Shown: positions 1 through 11,983, counted from the stretch's first letter. The stretch is 64,000 nucleotides of DNA from Hyaloraphidium curvatum SAG 235-1 (GCA_025558095.1 JAIVFI010000030.1:525909-589908), one strand, 5' to 3'. Numbers and translations are program-made. Notes: generated by a model not told the origin, from the letters alone.

Positions 1-571
1 TCGCTGCGAGGGATCGCGACGCCGCGACGCCGCAGCCGAAAAGGGACAAACGGGTAAAGGGACCCCGGGCACCGCACGAACGCGAACACTCCCCTACCAA
101 AACGCTACAAAAAAGTACAACTTCGCCGTCCTTTTGCGCTCGGGTGCGCGCTGCTCCTCGGATTTCGGTGGAGGACGTCCATGAGTCTGGGGGACGCGAC
201 CGACACCGCCACGCGGAGGTCCCGGCCTCCCATTGCACCTCCCGCACCTTTCATCGCCGTAATCATGGGTGCCTTCCGGCGCCCAGGACCTGGGAGCAGG
301 CTCGAGTTCTTGGCCAGCGGGAGAAGGATATGGTGGCGATGATGGCGTGCCACGCGGGGACAGCCGGGGTGAACGACCGACGTGCACAATATGAGCTTTA
401 TTACAACCGTAGGAACAAAGGGAACAAGAAGCTCCCCTCACAATGCCAAACGCTCCAATGGTGCTTGCATCCGCGCCTGCCCATTCGAGTTGTGCGTGGC
501 AAGCCTTCGAAAGACAATGCTTCAGTGCGGCAGAACTGCAGCCGTACCAGTGCAGTATGCAAGACGTAGAC

Positions 572-1462
572 TCACGCCCCCCGAGCCCGTCCCCGGTGCT
601 GCCCCGGAGCACGCCGCACGGGCCCGGCCGACCGTGTCTCGGCGAGCGGCAGCCTCGCCCCCGCCCTCTTTTCCCCCGAGGGCAAGAACTCCAGCCTCCC
701 CCTGACCCACCCGAGCGCGCGCTCCCGGCACTTCCCGGCCATGCAGGTGGGCGCCGCGTAGAGCTCGAAGTCGCAGAACCGCCCGCCCCACGGCCTCAAC
801 CACGACGGCGCGGCGAGGATCCTGGCCGCGGGGTGGCCGCACGTGATGCAGTTGCGCGGGCGCCGGCGGATGACCTCGTCTTCGACGGCCGTGCGGGCGG
901 CGTCGAAGGCCATCCGGGTCGCCGCGGCGCGGTCCATCTCCCCCTCGGCGAGCTTGTCAACGGAGAGGTCCATGGTGCGGTCGGGTCCCAGGTCGCCGAC
1001 GGTGCGATCGACCCACTCCTCGCCGGCGACGCGCGGGTAGACGCCGAACTGCACCGAGAACACCTTCTGCGGGGGCATGCCCTCGAACATGCACCGCACC
1101 ACGAGCCTCTCGAACACCCGTGCCAGCTCTGCGGCCCGCTTCTCGCACCCGGGCTTCCCGGAGCAGGCCGGCCACGCGTAGCTGATCTCGTTGCCGCCGC
1201 CGACCTCCTCGGGCAGCGCGACGGTGGCGCATGCCCACTCGGCGTGGCCGCCCGAGGGCAGCTGTCCGAGCGGCGCGCGGCAGGCTACGCAGACCCGCTC
1301 GGCGGGGTCGAGCGCGAGCAGCGCGGTTTGCTGCAGCCCCCGAACGGCGCCGTCGATCTCGTTCTCGGCGGGGGTGCGGGCCCCGCGCCGCGCGGCGACC
1401 TCGGCCGACGCCGAAACCCACCCATCGCGGACCGCGCAGGCGAGTAGCACCGTGATGCGCAT
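572..1462 (-). CDS. Hypothetical Cys-rich protein (two CxxC...CxxxxC modules); both ends uncertain, probably spliced at the 3' end
   Basis: ORF 572..1570 carries CVAC...ACSGKPGC and CITC...TCMAGKC; possible GTGAG donor at 575. Confidence 0.45.
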   Translation of the reverse strand: MRITVLLACAVRDGWVSASAEVAARRGARTPAENEIDGAVRGLQQTALLALDPAERVCVACRAPLGQLPSGGHAEWACATVALPEEVGGGNEISYAWPACSGKPGCEKRAAELARVFERLVVRCMFEGMPPQKVFSVQFGVYPRVAGEEWVDRTVGDLGPDRTMDLSVDKLAEGEMDRAAATRMAFDAARTAVEDEVIRRRPRNCITCGHPAARILAAPSWLRPWGGRFCDFELYAAPTCMAGKCRERALGWVRGRLEFLPSGEKRAGARLPLAETRSAGPVRRAPGQHRGRARGA

Positions 1463-1979
1463 CTGGCTCGCTGGGTGCGGGCGCTGGTGGGCCGCTGGGA
1501 GGGGCGATGGCGGCGGGACCGGCGTCACGATTGTCGCGATGGACGCAGTTCGCTCCGGATTCCCCCACATCGGGGTCCTCCGATCCCGCGATCCCCACCG
1601 GCCCCACGCGTCCCGGTCGTGCTTTCCGAGACGGACCGGCGCGGACCGGCGATCGGATCCAGGGTTGGACCAAGGTCGTGGCGCCAGCCGTGCCAGTTGC
1701 TTGCAAAGACATCAACCACTCCGATCAGTACACCTCCGGCGCCCGGACCTCCGGCCCCCGCCCCCGAGCTCGGCCGCGCACCACCCCGGGGGGTTTCCGC
1801 GCGCGGCGTCATGGGGGGCTCCACGGGCCTCGCGGTCCGCCGCCTTCCACCGATCCGGCTACCGCGCAGGGGACGGGCGGGAACACGCGTCCCTTGCGAC
1901 GTTGCGCATGACGGGCAATACCGCGCCTTCGAGCGGGGTGGGCGCGCCGACCGGGATCTCCCTTTGCGCGCCGACGGGG

Positions 1980-2754
1980 TCAGCATTCCCGCTCCCGACC
2001 GCGCGGCCGGGGCGACGACCCACGGGTGCGAAAACTCGGGCGACGAGTTCCAGCCGACCACCAGCGCGCCGCCCATCGTCGCCTGCTCCCGCGAGAGGTC
2101 GCCCCCGTGGCGGGCGGAGGCGTCGGCGGCGCGGGCGTCCAGGGCGGGGTCGGAGGGCGGTGCGAGCTTGCGGAGGGTGCCGTCGCCGACGGCGCGGAAG
2201 AATGCTGCGGGGTTGTGGGAGCCGGGGTTAGTAGCGGGAGGGAAGGGGTGGGAGGGGACGGACCGAGGTCGAGGTCGAGGAAGACGTCCGCGCCCCAGGC
2301 GTCCGCGAAGCCGTCCAGCCCGTCCTCGTCGGCGACGATTGCCTGCACATCATCGGAAGGCGAGTCAGACCCGGATTTCGGCGGGAGGGAACGGCAGGTA
2401 CCCACCACCACGCGGAACCCCAGCTCCTCCATCTCGCCCCTCCGCTCGGCCTGCCAAACAGTAAGCCCCCATTTCCTCCGTCCAGAGGTCGATTCCACCC
2501 ACCCAGCGCGCCGCGTCCTCCCTGCACAAGCAGCACCTGCCGCCGCCGTCAGCCCCGCGGAGTGTCTCCCTCCGGCGCACCCACCCCGCCCGGCGCACCA
2601 CCAGCGCGCCCACCGGCCCCGCCGCGCACAGCTCCCCCGCGGTCGCGGACGCCTCCCCGCGCCCCCGCAGGAGGCGCAGCCGGCCCGGCCGGTCGGGGAC
2701 CAGGCCGCGCTTCAGCGGGGGCCAGCGGAGGAGGCGCGGGTCGACTCAGACCAT
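1980..2754 (-). CDS. Hypothetical protein, spliced, structure uncertain
   Basis: ATG at 2754 after a pyrimidine-rich leader, probably followed directly by an intron; coding-like frames 2365..2613 and 1980..2498. Confidence 0.25.
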
Positions 2755-3230
2755 CGGGGGAGGAGAGGGGGGAAGGGGAAGAAGGAAGTGGTTTGCGAGG
2801 GGAAAGGAGGCGGGGAGGGTTCCCTGCGCCCGGGAAGACGGTCGGTGTGGGGGGGTTGCTTACGGAGCAGCGGGCCGGCGTCGTTGCCACATCCCGCCAG
2901 CTGGCCTGCCCAAGGCAATCCAACCTCCACCGCCCTCCGTATTGCCCGAATTGACTTCCGAGGCCGGCGCTTTGGCGGCGGTTGGTGGGAGGCCCAGGGA
3001 CCGAGCCCGGCCGATCCAACCCCACCGCGTTGCCCGCGGCTCGACCGAAACGCCGAGCGAGGCGATCCCGCGGGTGGCAATGCGTTGAGAATGACGAATG
3101 CTTCTCCGGCGCTGCGACTGATGTCCCGGTCCGATCGATCGGCCTGCCGGATACACGCCTCGCCCGCGGGCCATCCGTCACTCACGCGCCCCCAACCCCG
3201 TTCAGAGTCACCTCCCCCCTCCTCTCCGCC

Positions 3231-3932
3231 ATGTTCCGCCCGCTGCTCCCGCTCCTCCGCCCTCTGCGCGCCCCGCCCGCCGCCCTCCGCGCCGTCCCCT
3301 TCCGCCCGCTCTCCGCCACCGCGCGCCTCCTCGCGCGCCCGCGCGGCGCGCAGCTCGCCGCGCTGCGCACGCTGGACCTCGCCGCGGACCCCGACACGCT
3401 CATACTGGCGCTGTCGGACGCCCCGCGGGACATGGACCGCGACGCGTTCGCCGGCTTCGCGGCGGCGGTGGGGGTCAAGGACGCCGCGCGCGCCGCCGCG
3501 CTGTTCCAGGTCCCCTCTCGCTACCTCCCCCCAACCGTTGCGTTCTAACGCGTTGCATCGGCAGATATTCGACGCCGACCGCTCCGGCCGCGTGTCGCGG
3601 GCCGAGCTCGGCGCGGGGCTGTCGGCGGTGATGCACGCCGGGCCGGCGGAGCGGAGGCGGGCGGTGTTCCGCTCGTGGGACCTGGACGGGAACGGGAAGC
3701 TGAGCTTGGAGGAATTCGAGGAGGTGCGTGGCCGGCCGGGTGCCTGCCCGGTGCCGGGGGTTCGGGTGGGACTGATCCGTCGCCCGTGGGGCAGGCGCTC
3801 GCGTTCCTGGACCCCGACGCGGACCCTGCCAAGGCGAGCCAGCAGCACGGGGAGCTCTTTGCGTCGCTGGACACGGACGGCGACGGGATGGTGGACCTGG
3901 CAGAGTTCGAGCGCGGGGTGGCGGGCAGGTGA
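3231..3932 (+). CDS. EF-hand calcium-binding protein (3 clear EF loops) with mitochondrial-type presequence; 2 introns (~3510-3564, ~3724-3794)
   Basis: MFRPLLPLLRPLRAP... Arg/Leu-rich, acid-free N-terminus; loops DADRSGRVSRAE, DLDGNGKLSLEE, DTDGDGMVDLAE joined by GT..AG introns. Confidence 0.85.
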
Positions 3933-4285
3933 TCCCGCCCTGGGGCGGGGAGCAGCCGGCCAGTCGGCGATCGCGGATACAGACTGCCGGAGAGGTGACG
4001 ATGGAGACGAGCGGGGGCGGTGATCGCGCCGGAGAGGCCGCTGGGCGGCGGGCATCACCGTCGTTCCCGTGGAAGAGCTTCGGCCGGACTAAGGGGCGGG
4101 CGATCCCGCCATAGAATCCCGCATCGGACCCATGCCTGTTCCATTCTTCCTCTATGTTTTGGATTGCGCCCTTTTGCCCGGACGCCTCCTGCGGCCCAGG
4201 GCAGCTCAGGGACGCCGCACCCTTACCCCCCGCCCTTGGACCCTCGCCGTCTCCCGCACCCCCAACGCCCGCGAATCCCGCCGCA

Positions 4286-5684
4286 ATGTCCGACGATCCG
4301 CTCGCGAAGCAGTCCGAAGACGCGTGGGACGCGCTGGGGGCGCCGAAGAAGGAGGGGGAGGCGGAGAAGGGGGAGGGGGAGGTGGCCGACGCTGCGGGGG
4401 CGGAGGGGGCCGCGGGGGAGGGGAAGGAGGGAGCCGAGCCCGCCACGGAGGAGAAGAAGGAGGAGGCGAGCGAGGTGCCGGCTGATGAGGCGAAACCCGC
4501 GGAGGAACCCGCCGCGGAGGAGCCCGCAAAGGAAGAACCCGCCGCGGCCGACGGCGCCGCCGCCGACGCCCCCAAGCCCGCCGAGGAACCCAAGCCCGCC
4601 GCGGAAGAGAAACCCGCGGCGCCCGTTGCCGCCGCCGCCGCGCCGCCGGCCAAGAAGGTGGGCCCGCCGGTCCGATCGCCCGCCGTCTTCCCGGGAGACT
4701 GACCAACCCCTCCCGCCGCCCTGCGCAGTACGCCCCGCCGCCTCCGAAGCCCGCTCCGGCCGCCGCCGCCGCTCCTGCACCTGCTGCCGCCCCTCCGGCC
4801 GCCGCCCCCGCCCCGGAGCCCAAGAAGTACGCGCCCCCTCCCGCGAGGCCTGCGCCCGCCCCCGCCGCTGCCCCTGTGGCCGCCGCCGCCGCCGCCGCCC
4901 CGGCGCCCGCGACGTTCGCCCCGCCGCCCCGCCCTCCTCCGGCTCAAGCTGCCCCGGTTCACGCCCAGGCGTACGCGGCGCCGCCGGTGCACCAAGCCCC
5001 GCCCGCCGCCGCGCCGCCCCCGGCCCAGGCGTACGCCGCGCCGCCGGTTCAAGTTGCTGCCGCCCCGGTGCCTGCGCCTGCGCCTGCTGCGGCTGCTCCC
5101 CAGATCCAGAACCGTGGGCTCCCGACGCCTCAACCCCGCGACTTTAGCTGACCCCCCCCCCCCCCCCCCGATCACAGGCAACAAGAACCCGCCCACCTCC
5201 CTCCCCGCCGGTCGCCAGCCCCTCGTCGGTCCTCCTCCCATCCACAAGTTCTGGTGTTTAAATGGGTATCCCCCTGCCGCTTCCCATGGCGATTGCTGAC
5301 ATCCCGTGCAGTCTGCGCCGCCAAGGGGACCTTCCGCGGGGGGCCCTGCCCGCAGTGCGGCGGCGGCGGCCTGGTCGACTGCTGGTCGATGAACCTCATC
5401 CCGATCCCGGGGAGCGTCAAGTGCGAGTACTGCAAGGGCGATGGTGGGCCGCTCTGCTCCGCGTTTCGCAGGAGCGCTGAGCCCCCCTTGCCTCCCGCCA
5501 AGGCGTCCTCAACCCCGGCGACCTCGAGGACGCCGGCCTCGCGCAGTCCCTGCACCAGGGCATCCTGTCCTCGGACCCGAGGCTCAACTACTGCGACGTG
5601 TGCTACGGCCTGGGGTACGCCGCGCCCGAGGGCGCCGAGATGGACGCGCTGGCGTTCGCAAAGATGCGGGACGGGATGAAGTGA
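4286..5684 (+). CDS. Glu/Ala/Pro-rich low-complexity protein with C-terminal CxxCxGxG (DnaJ-type) zinc-finger repeats; several introns
   Basis: MSDDPLAKQ..., PA-rich exons, then CPQCGGGG, CEYCKGDG, CDVCYGLG; stop TGA 5682-5684. Confidence 0.6.
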
Positions 5685-5914
5685 GCGGACGGGGAAACGC
5701 CGGGGAAGGCTCCGTCGATCGAGTGTCTTGCGTCAATGCTTTGTAGCCTTTGGCAAAGTCAGGTTCATTTCTCCCTTGCCACGTCGCTATGCTAGCGCCG
5801 CCCCTGTTCCCACCGATCGCTTGCACCGCCACGCAGTCCAGCATCGCCCAGTAAGGAGAGCAACGCACGCCACCCACGTTCTAGCTTGGGGGTAGGGTTT
5901 CGGTGTCCTTCGCT

Positions 5915-6517
5915 TTAGGACGAATCGGGGCAGGTTGCCGGGCTCTTCGCCATGAACTTCTCATCCGACCCGCCCGCGGTGAAGGTGCACGGGCTCCCGA
6001 AGAGGGAGCAGAACGACGAGGCGTACAAGTAGAAATGGCACGACGTGTCGGCGTTGCATGCGGCGGCGCAGTCCGCCTCGCTCTTGCTCCCCCCGCCCGG
6101 GATCTCGTCCTCGGTGCAGAATCCATCGGAGCACTGCGTGTAGGTCGGTTCTGCAGGTCCCGGCCCATGAACGTCCGTGTCTGCGGGACCGTTGCCACCT
6201 GCCTCACCGTAGCGCCTGTAGAGGGTCCCGAGGCCGCCGTACTCTACGCAGGCGACGGAGCCTTCGGGGCTCCCGGGGAAGCCGTACTCGCTGCACGGCG
6301 CGTCAGTCGCGGGGGCCACCCCAGTCGATTGGCACCCCACGAGCGCGGGGACGTCGCGTTCCGGGCCTGGCAAAGCAGGTTCCAGGCCCGACGGCGCCGC
6401 CCCATCCGTGAATCCATCCGGTTCCAGAAATACCTCGGCTACGCCCCGCGTGGCACGCCACAGCAGCGGTGGGCTATAGTGGGCGGACCTGGCCCCGCCA
6501 AGCAATCGAAGCGGCAC
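5915..6517 (-). CDS. Small Cys-rich protein with PAN/apple-like motif; 5' end unresolved
   Basis: SEADCAAACNADTSCHFYLY..CSLF matches the PAN/apple C-x3-C-x5-C pattern. Confidence 0.45.
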   Translation of the reverse strand: MPLRLLGGARSAHYSPPLLWRATRGVAEVFLEPDGFTDGAAPSGLEPALPGPERDVPALVGCQSTGVAPATDAPCSEYGFPGSPEGSVACVEYGGLGTLYRRYGEAGGNGPADTDVHGPGPAEPTYTQCSDGFCTEDEIPGGGSKSEADCAAACNADTSCHFYLYASSFCSLFGSPCTFTAGGSDEKFMAKSPATCPDSS

Positions 6518-6569
6518 TCACTCGGCGCCGCACTTCTCCGCCGCAGCCCACCTCACACTCCAGCACACC

Positions 6570-7082
6570 ATGCGCCCTAGTGTCCTCCATCTCGTGCTCG
6601 CCCTGGCCTCCACGGCCGCTCTTGCTTCGGTGCTCCCCTCAGCATCGGCCTGGTGCATCTACAACACGGGGACGGAGGCCGTCTCCGTGTGGGACACTTA
6701 CCGTGTGGGCGTGGACGGCCTCATGAACGCCGACAGCTCGTGGACGCTGACGTGCACTTGCGACTCTTCGAAAGACTTCCAGGGCACGATCCAGCCCGGC
6801 GGCAAGGCGTGCTGGTTCCAGGGCTGAACGGGGCCGTACTGCGCGCAGGAGCAGTTCCTCGTCGCACCCGGGGAGTTTTCGGGATCCGGCTGCTTCGATA
6901 CCACGGAGGTCTTCCAGATCAACTTGCTATCGGGGTACGGGGTGGCACTGGACTATGGCGCGCAGACCGCGGCTCTGTACCTCAATGGGGCATGCCAAGG
7001 CGTGACGCAGGGGGGCGATGTCGTTGCTCTTGTTGCCGTCGATACCAAGTACGCACAGGGTTGCGGGTTGTCCTACAGATAG
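6570..7082 (+). pseudogene. Small secreted Cys protein gene with an in-frame TGA (6825-6827); probable in-frame intron 6703-6774
   Basis: Signal peptide MRPSVLHLVLALASTAALASV..; the frame continues coding-like after TGA (TGPYCAQEQF...GCGLSYR) to TAG 7080-7082. Confidence 0.55.
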
Positions 7083-7228
7083 CGCGCGGAAGGGACTCTA
7101 ATGGAAGGACTTGACGTACCCTGTATTCTCGTCCCGTTCCTAATGCCTTTTCCGCGCGATCAATCCGCTCCGCAACCCAGTCCAGCCTTCTGGCTCGCGA
7201 AGGCGCACCCAAGTGCCCAGCCCAGCAG

Positions 7229-8347
7229 TCACGTATGCTCGCGCAACAGCCTCACTTCAACCCTCGGATCCGACCGCCAGGCCTCCTCGGCCGCCTTCGC
7301 CGTGCCCCACAGGGACACCCGAACCTGCATGGTGCTCGGCAGAGCGGCCAGCGCCTCCCTGATCGCGGCGTGCGCCTCCGGTCCTTCGTCGACGGCGTTT
7401 GGTCCGGGGATACCATCGTCTTCGTCCGACAGGTCCCTGCCGACGACCATCTCCAGCTTGCGAACCGAGTGTGGCACGGCCCAGACCTTGTCCACAGCTC
7501 CGCCCGTGTCCCGCGACTCGATCCGCAGCTCGACCAGGTCCCGGATGCGGCGGAGGACCAGCAGCTCCTGCATGGTCATGTCGCAGTCGTCGATCACCAG
7601 CGACCGCATCCGGATCTCCGCGAAAAGCGCCACGTCGTGGAGAAAGTCCGGGCGAGCCCACACGGCGCCGAGTTTTGCAGCCAGCCCCGGTCGCGCAGAG
7701 ATCAGCGCCCCGTCGACGAGATCGAGGGAGAGCTCCTCGAAGCCCGGCAGCGACTCCAGCGCCTGGAGCAGCTCGCCTCCTCCGGTCGCAAAGGGGTCTC
7801 CGACGAACGGTCGGCAGAGAAACCTCAGCCTCGCCTTGCGCAGGAGCGGCAGTCCCGCGGCGATTGCCTCGGCTGGGACCGGTCCGTCCACCCTCGGAAT
7901 CCACTTCAAGTCCAGCGAGCACAGGTTGCGAGCGCCGCATCGTCTAAACGTGTCCCAGAACGCCGCCCAAACCTCCGTCCAGTCGCGCTGCAGCGCCAGG
8001 GAGCGCACGGTGGGAAGGCACGCGCGGAGGAGAATCGCCTCGGCGCGGGCGCGCACAGGGTCTTCGGTCAGGCGGATGGGGGGCTTGTAGGTCAGCACGA
8101 GATCCCGGACGTGCTTGGCCCTCGCCGGGTCTCGCGCCAGTGCCTCCAAGCACGCGGGGGAAGCCCGGTCCGAGTCGATCGCGCGGAGGAGGAAGGGCTC
8201 CGTGGCAATGTAGCAGCTCTTCGACGCCCGCGCAAAGACGAAGCAGTCCGAGGGTCCCTTGGCGGACGCGTACAGATGCTCCAGGATCGGCGAGGCGAGC
8301 TCCGGAAGCAGACCGGGCATCGCTGACGTGTTAACGGTGTGGTCCAT
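7229..8347 (-). CDS. F-box-like / LRR-like protein, intronless
   Basis: N-terminal LLPELASPILEHL..F..ASKSCY F-box-like motif; LxxLxL repeats. Confidence 0.6.
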   Translation of the reverse strand: MDHTVNTSAMPGLLPELASPILEHLYASAKGPSDCFVFARASKSCYIATEPFLLRAIDSDRASPACLEALARDPARAKHVRDLVLTYKPPIRLTEDPVRARAEAILLRACLPTVRSLALQRDWTEVWAAFWDTFRRCGARNLCSLDLKWIPRVDGPVPAEAIAAGLPLLRKARLRFLCRPFVGDPFATGGGELLQALESLPGFEELSLDLVDGALISARPGLAAKLGAVWARPDFLHDVALFAEIRMRSLVIDDCDMTMQELLVLRRIRDLVELRIESRDTGGAVDKVWAVPHSVRKLEMVVGRDLSDEDDGIPGPNAVDEGPEAHAAIREALAALPSTMQVRVSLWGTAKAAEEAWRSDPRVEVRLLREHT

Positions 8348-8714
8348 CGCTGCTCGCCGACAGGATGGAAACGAAGAGACAGAGCCGAGAAAAGCGTTTT
8401 CAAGACGCAACTTTGAGCCGGCACCGTCCGAGAGGTGCAAAGTTTGCGCCGAATGGAGACGACGATGTGGATCCGAGCCACCAAGACCGAGTTGTTGTTC
8501 AATCTCAAGCTGATTGCACGGACCTGGTGAGCTCTGCCAAGAGAAATTTGCTTTTGATATGTTCAAGGATGACTTGAATTCAGAAGGCAGCACATTGGAT
8601 GGCCACAAGAAGCCGCCGTGTGATCAGCGACAACTCGCGCATTCCACGTCATCTCCTCGATTGAAAAGCACCACCGCAACCGCACTGCTCCGTCCGCTGT
8701 AGAGCGCCCGGGCA

Positions 8715-9461
8715 ATGCGTCTCGGTCTCTACTTTCCCAGCGCCTCCCGCGACGCCTGGGTGACGCCTTCTCCCGCTGCGCTTCGATCCGACAACGACCG
8801 AGCGGGAGCCTCGCCCGTCGAGCCCGCGCGCCGTGAGCAGGCGCTGCCGCAGGATCTCCACCCTCGCGTTCGACGCCGAGTCGCATCCCGACCCGTGCGG
8901 CCTCGTCGAGGCCCTGGCGACCTTCCGCGCCCTGCGCTGCCTCGCCACCGCCTCCTTCACCACCCTGTTCGACCAGGGATCCGAGGGCGAGCTGCTGTCC
9001 TCCCTCGCGGAGCTCCAGGCCCCATCTTCCGCCGCACCCCGGGCCGCCCATCCATCGAATGCCTCATCCTCGACGAGATGCAGTGCTCCGATCCCCACCC
9101 CGTCGCCGCGGCCGCCCTCGCCTCCCTCCCCGCGCTGCGCTTCCTCCTCCTCAATGGCCCCTTCGACGACCTCGCGCCGCCGGGGTCCCGTCCCGCCCGC
9201 GGGCAGGCGTGGCTCGCGCGCACGGGGTGGCTGCTCCCGCAGTCGGGCGAATTCCGGTGGGACGGCGGGGACATGGCGCCGGGGGACCTGCGCGGGCTGT
9301 ACGGGGAGGCGGCGTGGGACGCGTACCTCGAGGCGGCGGTGTATTCGCGGTACGAGGGGGCGTTCAGGGCCGATCCACAGACAGGAGGGGGGTACTGGAA
9401 GGGGAGGAGCAGGAGCCCGGAGGGGGTGTGCGCGGCGCCGTACTTCCCCGGGAGGGGGTAG
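8715..9461 (+). pseudogene. LRR-like hypothetical gene with frame breaks
   Basis: Coding-like stretches (LRCLATASF..., IECLILDEM..., LRFLLLNG) split across two frames. Confidence 0.3.
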
Positions 9462-9546
9462 ACGGGTTGGGGATGGCCGGCCGGCCGGCCGATCGATCCG
9501 TAGGAGCAACTAGCGCAAGATTCTTTCTCGTGACAAAAACCTTCGA

Positions 9547-10639
9547 TCACAACAGGATGACTTCAACCCTCGGATCCGACCGCCAGGCCTCCTCGGCCGC
9601 CTTCGCGGTGCCCCACAGCGACACCCGCACTCACATGCTGCTTGGCAAAGCCGCTAAGGCCTCCCCGATTGCGACGTGAGCGTCCGGTCCCTCGTCGACG
9701 GCGTTCGGGCCCGGGATGCCCTGCTCTTCCCCCAGAGCCCAGCCGACTTCCATCTCCAGCTTGCGAACCCAGTGCGGCACCGCCCGGACCTTGTCCACCG
9801 CGCCGCCGGTGTCGTACGAGTCGAGCCGCAGCTCGGCCAGGCTGGCGATGCGACGGAGAACCTGCAGCCCTCTCGCACTCGTCGATCAGCAGCGACCGCA
9901 TGCGGATATCTGTGACGTGCGCAAGGTCGTCGAGAAACCCCGGACGAACCCACACCGCACCGAGCTTCGCGGCGAGCCCGGGTCGTGCGGCGATCAGCCT
10001 GCCTTCGACGAGGTCCAACGAGTGCTCTTCCAGGTGGGGCAGGGCCGCCAGCGCATCCAGCAGTTCGTGGCCGCCCGAGGCTGAAAGATCGACAAACATC
10101 CGGTCGAGGAAGCTCAGCCTCACCGTGCGCAGGAGGGGAAGGCCACTGGCGATCGCTTCCGCGGGGAGCGGCCCGTCCGCCTTCGGCATCCGCGTCAGGT
10201 CCATGCGGCGAAGGCGCCGCGCACCGATGCTCAGAAGGACGTCCCAGAACGCCGACCAAACTTCCGGCCAGGGGCGGTGCATCGCGAGGGCGCGCAGGGT
10301 GGGGAGGCACGCGCGGACGAGCATAGCCTCGGCGTGGACACGCTCGGGGTCGTCGGAGAGGGGGATGGCGGGCTTGTAGGTCAGCACGAGGTCCCGGACG
10401 TGCTTGGCCCTCGCGGGGGCTCGCGCCAGTGCCTCCAAGCACGACGGGGAAGGCAGGTCCGAGTCGACGGCCCGCAGAAGGAAGGGCTCCGCGTAGCAGC
10501 TCTTCGACGCCCTCCCAAAGACGAGGCACTCCGACGGTCCCTTTGCGGACGCGTAGAGATGCTCCAGGATCGGGGTGATGAGCTCGGGCAGGAGACCAGG
10601 GATCGGTGACGTGTCGATGAGTTCCACGGCCCCGTCCAT
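9547..10639 (-). pseudogene. Tandem paralogue of the 7229-8347 F-box/LRR gene, disrupted
   Basis: High similarity to 7229-8347 (LEHLYASAKGPS, AKHVRDLVLTYKP); frameshift near 9870-9880 and in-frame TGA near 9631. Confidence 0.7.
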
Positions 10640-10951
10640 CGCGCTCTCTCGAAGCTCTGTAGACAGCGAGGTGGTAGTCCAAAACAAGATTCGAGCGCGA
10701 AAGTTCGAGCCGTCTGCGGTGGGGGAACGCGCGAAGGTGGTGCAGCTGAAGTCCGAAGGAGGGAGGGGCAGCCGATCGCGGCATCCGCTGCCGATCAGAC
10801 CGAATCGATGCTTGACGCTCGAGCAGACTCAAGCGAACGGCACGGTTAAGTTGATTTCTGCTGCTAGAATGAATGCCTGCTCAAAGATGACTACACTTCA
10901 GAAGACGGCTAGGTACGTGGTCCCAAGAAGGAGCGGCAGCGGCCGCGGCGA

Positions 10952-11983
10952 TCACGCCGATTCGGCCGCCCCGGCAAACTCCTTGTTGTAGAGCTTCCGC
11001 ATCGTCTCGACGCCATTAAGGTCGTCGACGTACTGCGCCAGCCTGGCGACCTTGCCGGTGGCGGGGTCGAGCGTGAGCCTGTACATGCTCGGCGAGACCT
11101 TGATGGGGAAGAGTCCCTCGTTGGTCACCTCGGCGCGGACTTCGGCGGTAAAGGGCTGCGAGCGGGACAATCAGCACCTCCGGATTGGTCCCCGTATGCA
11201 CTTGCGCGGTTCACCTCGAGCGTGAACGGCTCGCCGAGCATCCTGACCGACTTCAGGCCGCCGTCGAGGCTCATCTTCGTCAGGGCGATGCAGGCCTCCT
11301 TGCCCTTGATTACCTTGAACCACGGAGCGATCCAAATCTCATCGTCGGACATCATCTCGGTCAGGCCGCGGACGTCATGGGCGTTGATCAGGTCGAACAT
11401 CTTGCGCATGGCGTCCTGTGCTTCTGCGGCACCGGGGATGGGCCCACCGATGACTCTGGTTATTACGTCCTTGATGATCTGCCGGCCAGAGTCGTCGGTG
11501 GGGACGCCAATGCTGCGGACGGACTCGAGGGCGTCGTTGAGGAAGTTGATGCCGCGGAAGCCGTACGAGACCTGAACAGGGACACGGCCCCGGTGGTCAG
11601 AACTAAATTCGGTTTCGCAGCCGCAACTTTATTCGCACCTGGCCGCCGGCCCCGTCGTTGCTGGTGAGCTTGAACTCGGAGACCACGCAGTGAATGCCCG
11701 GCGCGACGTCCATGACGACCTCCGGGCCAGCCGTTCGCTCGTACTTGAGGCCATAGTCCTTGATGAACTTTTCCAGAGCGGGCGTAATCTCCGCCTCGCT
11801 GGCAAAGACGCCTGCCCGCGGCTTCGAGTCAGAGCGCGTCGCACCTCGCGGCGAGGCCGACCCACCCAGCACCGAGACCATGCTGACGTCCTTGGTGTAC
11901 GGGCCGAAGCTGGGAACGCCGGCATTAATGTTGTCGAAGGCGCGCTGCTCCCGTTTGATGAGCTGCTCGCGCGTGGGCGACAT
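10952..11983 (-). CDS. SnoaL/NTF2-like fold protein, probably two domains, 3 introns
   Basis: MRKMFDLINAHDVRGLTEMMSDDEIW..GKEA (SnoaL-like); GT-AG introns ~11866-11814, ~11637-11573, ~11213-11156 keep the frame. Confidence 0.6.

Noticed and set aside
2746-2754. ATG GTC TGA as evidence for UGA recoding
   Set aside because: ATG|GTCTGA is more simply an intron donor straight after the start codon (as in coatomer zeta), and many genes here end in TGA
2026-5247. Long Arg/Pro/Gly-rich ORFs (e.g. 2026..4023, 3475..5247 and many similar ones across the window)
   Set aside because: Shadow frames caused by high GC content, overlapping better-supported genes
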